Below are positions 58,099 through 64,000 of a stretch of DNA of 64,000 bases, in pieces. A program made the position numbers and the translations under genes. The stretch's first letter is position 1. Each line of letters opens with the position of its first letter. The notes under the pieces were generated by a model that did no database searches, was not told the origin of the DNA, and saw only the letters and a list, made by a program, of their open reading frames with translations. Source of the DNA: Candidatus Saccharimonadales bacterium (lineage in GTDB: Bacteria > Patescibacteriota > Saccharimonadia > Saccharimonadales > 2-12-FULL-41-12); assembly GCA_025451045.1 (NCBI GenBank), contig JANWLD010000001.1, forward strand, positions 133,812-197,811, written 5' to 3'.

Positions 58099-58356
58099 AT
58101 GCCAGGTTTATTAAGGGGTGTAGCGCGGACTGCCGTTATTGCTGGTACTGCAACCCACGTTTCCAATAATGTTAGCCGCAGGCAAGCCCAGAGATGGAAT
58201 GCCCAAGAACAGGAGCAAGCCGCTCAAGCCCAACCGCAGCAACCTGCTGTTAATGAGCAAATGGCACAACTTGAACAGTTAGGTAAACTCAGAGATCAAG
58301 GCATCCTTACACAAGAAGAATTTGACGCTAAAAAAAGTCAGATTCTAGGGCTTTAA
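58099..58356 (+). CDS. SHOCT-domain small protein
   Basis: GLLRGVARTAVIAGTAT N-terminus and LRDQGILTQEEFDAKK SHOCT motif. Confidence 0.88.
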   Translation: MPGLLRGVARTAVIAGTATHVSNNVSRRQAQRWNAQEQEQAAQAQPQQPAVNEQMAQLEQLGKLRDQGILTQEEFDAKKSQILGL

Positions 58357-58364
58357 TTTAATAG

Positions 58365-59951
58365 CTACTTCTGGACTTTGTTTGGAATATTGCGGGAAAA
58401 CAGCAACGTAATAATTGATATAAAGACCAGTGCGTATAATGCGACCCGCAAAGATTGAAGCTGGGATTCGTTATATAGGCTACTTATCTCTGCAGAGTCA
58501 CTTGGGCTCAAGCCTGCTTTATTGGCGTAATCTTCGACCTCGCTGATGGGAACTACCGAAACTCCAGCCTCAGTTTTTTCACTGACATAAGATTTAGTGC
58601 TAGCGGATAAGTCACTACTTTGTACGTCGGCGGCGAATGAAGTCGTAAGGGATGCTATGAGTACCGATCCTATCAAGGCAGTGCCGAGTGATGAGCCAAG
58701 ATTTTGGAAAACTCCTTGCAAACCGCCGACTTCGCTGCTTCTTTTAGCAGGGACGCTGGACATATTGATATTACCGATCTGTGATGCCAAAAGTCCCAAC
58801 GCCGCTCCGACAAATAGCATTGACATGCCAAATAAAAAGCCTTTCAAAGTTGACGACACGGAAGCAAGCAAGCCAAATGAACTAGCAATTAATATATACT
58901 GGCCTAGCCTGATTATTTTCTTAGGCGACCATTTGGCAGACAAGCGGGTTCCAAGAACAGAAAACAGTATGATACCTACCGACAGCGGGAAAATCTTGAT
59001 ACCGGTCTTAAGCGCGTCATACCCAAGTGTCATCTGCAGATAGACAGGGATAATAAAGAATATGCCGGCTATCATCGCATATTGGGCAAGTAAAACCGAC
59101 AACCCGCTGCGCAACTGAGCAATCGACAGCATCGATACATCCAGCAGCACGTCTTTTTTCTGCTCGGCAAGTTTTTGTTGCCGGCTATAAAATAGGCGCA
59201 ATATGACAATCCCGGATAAAATCAGGTAAGCGCACATTGATATGCCAAGCGGAGCAAGCTCGTGCCCAAAAACTTCAGGCGAATTCAGCGGCTGGACCCA
59301 ACCCCATATTTTGCTTTGCAGCATTCCGAAAACAAGCAGAACCAAACCACTGGCGGACATTAGAACACTCAGGACATCTATTTTGATCTTTATCGGCTTT
59401 GCGGTATCAAGTATGTGGTTTTTAAATAGCAATACGCCTGCCATAGTCACGACTTCGGCGAAGAAAACATAGCGCCAAGACAGGTAAGTGGTGACAAAAC
59501 CGCCTATCAGCGGCCCGGCGGCCATTGCCGCCCCGGACACAGCGCCAATAATTGCAAACCCGGTAACTCGATCTTTGCCCTTGTAATTATTAGCAATAAG
59601 CGCCGCAATGGCTGGAATAACCAATACGGCACCGATACCTTCTATGACCGACCAGCCCAAGAACAACATAGTGATATTTGCGCTAAGGCCGGTTATCAAT
59701 GAACCTGTGGCATAAATAATGCTGCCAATAACAAATGCTTTCTTCCTTCCCCAGATATCGCCAAGCTTAGCCCCGAGCAACATAAGCGCAGCCATTGTTA
59801 GCGTATAAAATGTGATGCAAGCCTGCATCGCAGAGACTGTCGTATCAAGGTCTTTGACAACCGTAGAAATAGAAACATTCATCACGGTACTATCAAGCAC
59901 CATTACGAACTGCGCGCAAGCCAATACAATTGCTACAGTCCACTTCTTCAT
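58365..59951 (-). CDS. MFS transporter (DHA2/EmrB-like)
   Basis: FVMVLDSTVMNV, KLGDIWGRKK and GPLIGG motifs; about 14 TMs. Confidence 0.92.
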   Translation of the reverse strand: MKKWTVAIVLACAQFVMVLDSTVMNVSISTVVKDLDTTVSAMQACITFYTLTMAALMLLGAKLGDIWGRKKAFVIGSIIYATGSLITGLSANITMLFLGWSVIEGIGAVLVIPAIAALIANNYKGKDRVTGFAIIGAVSGAAMAAGPLIGGFVTTYLSWRYVFFAEVVTMAGVLLFKNHILDTAKPIKIKIDVLSVLMSASGLVLLVFGMLQSKIWGWVQPLNSPEVFGHELAPLGISMCAYLILSGIVILRLFYSRQQKLAEQKKDVLLDVSMLSIAQLRSGLSVLLAQYAMIAGIFFIIPVYLQMTLGYDALKTGIKIFPLSVGIILFSVLGTRLSAKWSPKKIIRLGQYILIASSFGLLASVSSTLKGFLFGMSMLFVGAALGLLASQIGNINMSSVPAKRSSEVGGLQGVFQNLGSSLGTALIGSVLIASLTTSFAADVQSSDLSASTKSYVSEKTEAGVSVVPISEVEDYANKAGLSPSDSAEISSLYNESQLQSLRVALYALVFISIITLLFSRNIPNKVQK

Positions 59952-60011
59952 AATGGTCGCATTATAACATCTATATAAATATGACCAGCCAAACCCCAAT
60001 TTTTAGATTGG

Positions 60012-60257
60012 CTATTTTCTTGAAGTCTGGGTTTTTCTCAGTTTCAACCGAAGGTTTGAAATATAATCTTTGGTACTAATTTGCGGATGGGTATTCAGGT
60101 ATTCCATGTGGATGTCTATAAAAGATATCCGGTGCTCGGGCCACCGTTCAGCATTTGCCCGATAGGCCGACTCCGTAATAAAAGAAGGGTCGGCTTCCAT
60201 CCGGCGCAAAACAGCTTTTGCTTCTATGAGCTCAGTCTCGTCTCTTATTACCTTCAT
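60012..60257 (-). CDS. Hypothetical protein
   Basis: 81-aa ORF 6 nt downstream of the RRM gene. Confidence 0.6.
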   Translation of the reverse strand: MKVIRDETELIEAKAVLRRMEADPSFITESAYRANAERWPEHRISFIDIHMEYLNTHPQISTKDYISNLRLKLRKTQTSRK

Positions 60258-60263
60258 AAATCC

Positions 60264-60554
60264 CTACCTTCGAAAACTTCCGCCGTAGCTTGGGGGACGA
60301 CTGCTACTTTGCGGCCTTGCCTGGTTAACAACCAGAGATCTGCCATTGCTTTCCTTGCCATTGAGGGCTTTGATAGCTTCCTGGCCTTCTTTTAGCTCCG
60401 ACATTTCAACAAACCCAAAGCCTTTGGAATCGCCCGTGTCGCGGTTGGTAATTATCTTAGCGCTTAAAACTTTTCCGTGCGCCGCGAACATATTATTAAG
60501 CTGTTCTTCGGTCGTACTGTAAGAAAAGCCTCCCACATATAATTTTATTGACAT
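60264..60554 (-). CDS. RRM (RNP-1) RNA-binding protein
   Basis: RNP2 LYVGGF and RNP1 KGFGFVEM motifs. Confidence 0.95.
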   Translation of the reverse strand: MSIKLYVGGFSYSTTEEQLNNMFAAHGKVLSAKIITNRDTGDSKGFGFVEMSELKEGQEAIKALNGKESNGRSLVVNQARPQSSSRPPSYGGSFRR

Positions 60555-60724
60555 AAAAACCTTTCTTTATTTGATATCGCCTGTATTTAGTACTTCTGCC
60601 GGAGGGATATCGAGCCGAAAGGCCAAGTATGACTACGGTAGTTCATAATAACTACTTGCTTACGTCTAATTATAGCATAAAACAGCCCAATAACTCCTTT
60701 CTTGCTATTATTAATCCAAGGTAT

Positions 60725-61480
60725 ATGAAACGAAGCCATATCACAAAATTAAAAAAGCCGCACATCTTTTTGGTAGCTGTACTAGCCTTAGCAGCTTATT
60801 TGATATTTGCCTATAATTATTTTTATTTCAGGCTTCATAGCATTAAGCTTGATTGGCCGAATAACCGACATACTTATCGTTTCAACGAAAAGGCCTCTTC
60901 AAATAAAACCTATGTAGCGCTTGGTGACAGCCTGACTTTTGGTTTTGGCACAGATAATTATCAGGATAGCTATACCTACCAAGTGGCTCAGTATTTGTCT
61001 CAAAACGGGCAGGGAATTTTGCTCAAGGATTTTTCTTTTCCCGGCTATAAATCTTTGGATATATTGCAGACGGTCGACGCAGTAATTGCTTATAAGCCGG
61101 ACATAGTGACTGTTTTTGTCGGGGTTAATGACACTCACAAACTAGTACAGTCCGGCGATTTTACCAAGAATTATAACCAAATCTTATCTCGTCTTTCCAG
61201 CGAAACAAAGGCCAGAATTTACGTGATTAATTTGCCTTATTTAGGTGCCAAGTCTATACTTTTGACCCCCTATAACCATTACTTTGACAGCAAAACGCGC
61301 GAGCGGAATAACACTCTCAGACAATTAGCTGATAAATATAGAGCTAGCTACATAGATTTGTATACCCCAACCGTTAATCGTTTCAAAAAAGACGGGCCTT
61401 GGTACAGCAAAGATTTATACCATCCTTCCGCTCAGGGCTACAAGATTTGGGCAGAAATTATCGAAAATGATATACATTAA
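60725..61480 (+). CDS. SGNH/GDSL hydrolase with N-terminal membrane anchor
   Basis: GDSLT, GVND and DLYHP blocks. Confidence 0.9.
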   Translation: MKRSHITKLKKPHIFLVAVLALAAYLIFAYNYFYFRLHSIKLDWPNNRHTYRFNEKASSNKTYVALGDSLTFGFGTDNYQDSYTYQVAQYLSQNGQGILLKDFSFPGYKSLDILQTVDAVIAYKPDIVTVFVGVNDTHKLVQSGDFTKNYNQILSRLSSETKARIYVINLPYLGAKSILLTPYNHYFDSKTRERNNTLRQLADKYRASYIDLYTPTVNRFKKDGPWYSKDLYHPSAQGYKIWAEIIENDIH

Positions 61481-62597
61481 TAACCCCGTTCAACAAACTT
61501 GGATTGTTACCATCCTGCTTGGTGTAGCGTTGGCATTGTCTTTGCGCAAAAGGAAAGACAAGGAGCTATTCCCAGTTTCTGTTACCCAGGAGTTGAAAGG
61601 CCTTGCGATACTATTCATCATCTTTGCTCACATTGGATACAGCCTGTCATCAAGTTCGCAGTTCTTATGGCCGCTATCTAACTTAGCCGGAGTAGGCGTT
61701 AATATATTTTTATTCGTGTCCGGCTATGGACTGACCAGCAGCGCTTTGAAAAAACCACTTAGTATCAAGCAGTTTTATAGCCGTAGGCTTAAAAAGCTTT
61801 TCATACCTTTTTGGCTTATCATTACTATTTATTTTTTGGCCGATTACTTTTTCCTGAGCCGTAGCTACCCAGTTGAGTATATGGCTAAAGCCTTTGGTGG
61901 CATATTCCAAACCGCAGATGTTATTAAAGATTTGGATTCACCGCTTTGGTACTTCTCATTAATTTTATTTTATTACCTGATTTACCCGCTGGTTTTTATC
62001 AAAAAACGTCCATGGATTTCTGCTTTGATAATCTTCGCAGTTACTTACTTTCTAATCCACCACAGCTTCATCGGCAAATACGACAACATCCATTTGTATA
62101 AAGTCTACACCGCGGCCTTTCCACTGGGCATAATTGCGGCTTGGCTTCATTCAAACAAAGATAAAATCAGTTTGTACCTAAATAACTTTTCAAATTCAAT
62201 CACTAGCTATCGTCCAGGCAAAATGATGAGAAGATCCTTCAGCTACATTTTAATAGTCGGGTTGTTGGCGGCGGTAATTTACAGCCGGGCTTACTCCAGC
62301 CCGTGGGACAGTCCGCTCAAAGAACAGACGGTTAACCTACTGACTGTATTTGCACTTCTTTTGCTCTTTATGATTAAGCGGCTGGACATGAAGTTGCTAT
62401 ATATCTTTGGCGTGTATTCTTATGAAATTTATTTGATCCATTGGCCGTTGATATCGCGCTATGACATTATTTTCAAACATACTAAGCCGTGGCTCGGCGT
62501 AATCTTATATTTGGCAATATTTATTTTATTGGCTTGGGTATTTAGCAAACTTGTAAGCTTCGTTGAAAATTATCCAAGAAAATCTGCCAGCCAATAA
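61467..62597 (+). CDS. Acyltransferase-3 family membrane protein
   Basis: LKGLAIL-H, GVNIFLFVSGYGL, RRLKKL, LWYF and YSYEIYLIHW motifs. Confidence 0.92.
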   Translation: MIYINNPVQQTWIVTILLGVALALSLRKRKDKELFPVSVTQELKGLAILFIIFAHIGYSLSSSSQFLWPLSNLAGVGVNIFLFVSGYGLTSSALKKPLSIKQFYSRRLKKLFIPFWLIITIYFLADYFFLSRSYPVEYMAKAFGGIFQTADVIKDLDSPLWYFSLILFYYLIYPLVFIKKRPWISALIIFAVTYFLIHHSFIGKYDNIHLYKVYTAAFPLGIIAAWLHSNKDKISLYLNNFSNSITSYRPGKMMRRSFSYILIVGLLAAVIYSRAYSSPWDSPLKEQTVNLLTVFALLLLFMIKRLDMKLLYIFGVYSYEIYLIHWPLISRYDIIFKHTKPWLGVILYLAIFILLAWVFSKLVSFVENYPRKSASQ

Positions 62598-62642
62598 AAA
62601 TTCTCTTTTTGCTCATGCTTGCTCTTTCTCTAGTGTAGGCGT

Positions 62643-63314
62643 ATGTTTGAGTTAATGAGCGAACTAGCACCTCGGTTATGGAGTGATTTTGACGGTACTG
62701 CCGTCCAGCTGGCTAAAAAGAGTCAGCCGCGCAACTGGGCTAAGTATCCACTGCCAATTATGGAAGGATATATTGACTTTTTAAGGGGTGTAAAATCAAA
62801 GCAGATAGATATCGCCGGTGTTGCCTCCAGACGGCCAAATATATATCTCCGTCGCTTGGCCATGGTTAAATCAATACAGCATCTTGGCATGATGGAATTT
62901 TTCCCAAGAGGAGACCAGCTTGCTCTTGCTGGCAGTGAAAAGGCAAAGGGCGGGTTTATTGCCGAACAAAGCCGTAGAAGCATCGTTGGCATGCTGGAAG
63001 ATAAACCACATGAGCTAGGCAAGTCATTAATAAGGGCAATAGGTAGCTCCGCCGGCCATTCTGTCGGCTTTCGCCATCCGATTTTACTTGGAGTAGTTGA
63101 ACATGAACGTATCCAGGAATATATAGAAGAACTTGCCGAAACAGCTGGAAGCGAAAGAGTAGAGTTGCCGGCAAGTATTAATTCAGGCGGCGAACCGTCT
63201 GATGGTTTTTCCGTGGTTTCAGGTAATCTTAATCTGCATGTTGTGCAGCTGCAGCCTTACTCCATAGAAGCCGGCAAAGACTTCGGCCAAAAACTTCTAA
63301 AACTTACCGCTTAA
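62643..63314 (+). CDS. HAD-like hypothetical protein
   Basis: SDFDGT (DxDGT) motif and a later ED pair. Confidence 0.7.
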   Translation: MFELMSELAPRLWSDFDGTAVQLAKKSQPRNWAKYPLPIMEGYIDFLRGVKSKQIDIAGVASRRPNIYLRRLAMVKSIQHLGMMEFFPRGDQLALAGSEKAKGGFIAEQSRRSIVGMLEDKPHELGKSLIRAIGSSAGHSVGFRHPILLGVVEHERIQEYIEELAETAGSERVELPASINSGGEPSDGFSVVSGNLNLHVVQLQPYSIEAGKDFGQKLLKLTA

Positions 63315-63510
63315 ATATCTTTCTACTTATGCTAGCAGGAGCTTATGTTTAACCCATGTGGACGGCTTCGGAAGAAGCGGGTTCGCCTTTAACATGCTTG
63401 ATAGCAAAGAAAGCTATAACTGACGCGGCAAAGATGCATTTATTCATAGACCCTTTTCCGATAACATATTGTTGACATTTTTATTAATAAATTTTAATAT
63501 ACTTACTACT

Positions 63511-64000
63511 ATGGGTGTTGAAGATTCTTCCCCTGGACCTGAGGCACCACCATTGCTAGAAGTAGCTTTAGGTGAGTCGAAAATTCATATACAAAACCTT
63601 CCAGAAATGATTGAAGCCTCCCGTGCCAATCGTATTCGTGTTCATCACCAGGCTTACGCTGACGGACCCGTCAGATCAACATCCATCGATGTATTTACCA
63701 GTGAGGATCAAATTCAATGGCAAGGCTCAATAGGATTTCAAAGACCTCTGATGCATCACGCTTACCAAGACAGATTAACGCGCAGCCTGTGGGGTGAGGA
63801 TAGCGAAGATACTGAAGATCTTCGGACAGAAATCTGGATTCCTGATCATCCAATGGGGAAACTAGATTCCGGTGCCTATAGTTTTTATGTGGGATTTGCT
63901 TCTGAAGCTGGCCACCGAGGTTTCGAGTATCTAGGTATTGGAGGTCCGTTTGGGTATAGGCAGGAAATTGACCCGGAAGAAGCTGTTAAGCAAGAGGAGC
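63511..64000 (+). CDS. Hypothetical protein, 3'-partial
   Basis: Open frame MGVEDSSPGPEAPP... running to the window end; TTGACA and TATACT upstream. Confidence 0.65.
   Translation, partial: MGVEDSSPGPEAPPLLEVALGESKIHIQNLPEMIEASRANRIRVHHQAYADGPVRSTSIDVFTSEDQIQWQGSIGFQRPLMHHAYQDRLTRSLWGEDSEDTEDLRTEIWIPDHPMGKLDSGAYSFYVGFASEAGHRGFEYLGIGGPFGYRQEIDPEEAVKQEE

Noticed and set aside
56659..64000. Integrated island at tRNA-fMet or tRNA-Ile
   Set aside because: No integrase and no duplicated tRNA 3' end were seen in the window.

Overview
Gene-dense chromosomal segment of a small-genome bacterium, most likely Patescibacteria/CPR (Saccharibacteria-like). This is inferred from gene content, the compact convergent packing and lineage-typical hypotheticals; the standard genetic code reads cleanly. 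Positions 1-30 kb are a large cell-surface glycan locus: O-antigen-ligase-like protein, wzm/wzt, several GT2/GT4 enzymes, three GT-C-type membrane transferases, a nitroreductase/flippase/pyruvyltransferase trio, rmlBCDA-ugd, glmS, a priming sugar transferase and GtrA. Positions 30-64 kb carry housekeeping and envelope genes (uppP, nadD, Kef-type antiporter, DsbA, aspS, tsaC, murC, dus, nnrD, ABC exporters, ZIP/Fur, an RRM protein, SGNH plus acyltransferase-3), two CAU-anticodon tRNAs and many orphans. The most notable signal is a class-II-like cobalamin riboswitch (31419-31654) with an intact L5-L13 kissing loop. It sits in front of an unrecognisable Zn-ribbon protein and nadD. Its L6 loop carries a copy of a structured dispersed repeat that recurs at 41494-41557, with compensatory base changes, and in collapsed form at 47917-47944. 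Other signals are several long intergenic hairpin elements, pervasive leaderless-type promoters, an initiator tRNA with only two of the three anticodon-stem G-C pairs, and several unannotated small ORFs with their own expression signals. No CRISPR array, transposase, integrase or rRNA was seen. All family assignments are by motif recognition; no searches were run.
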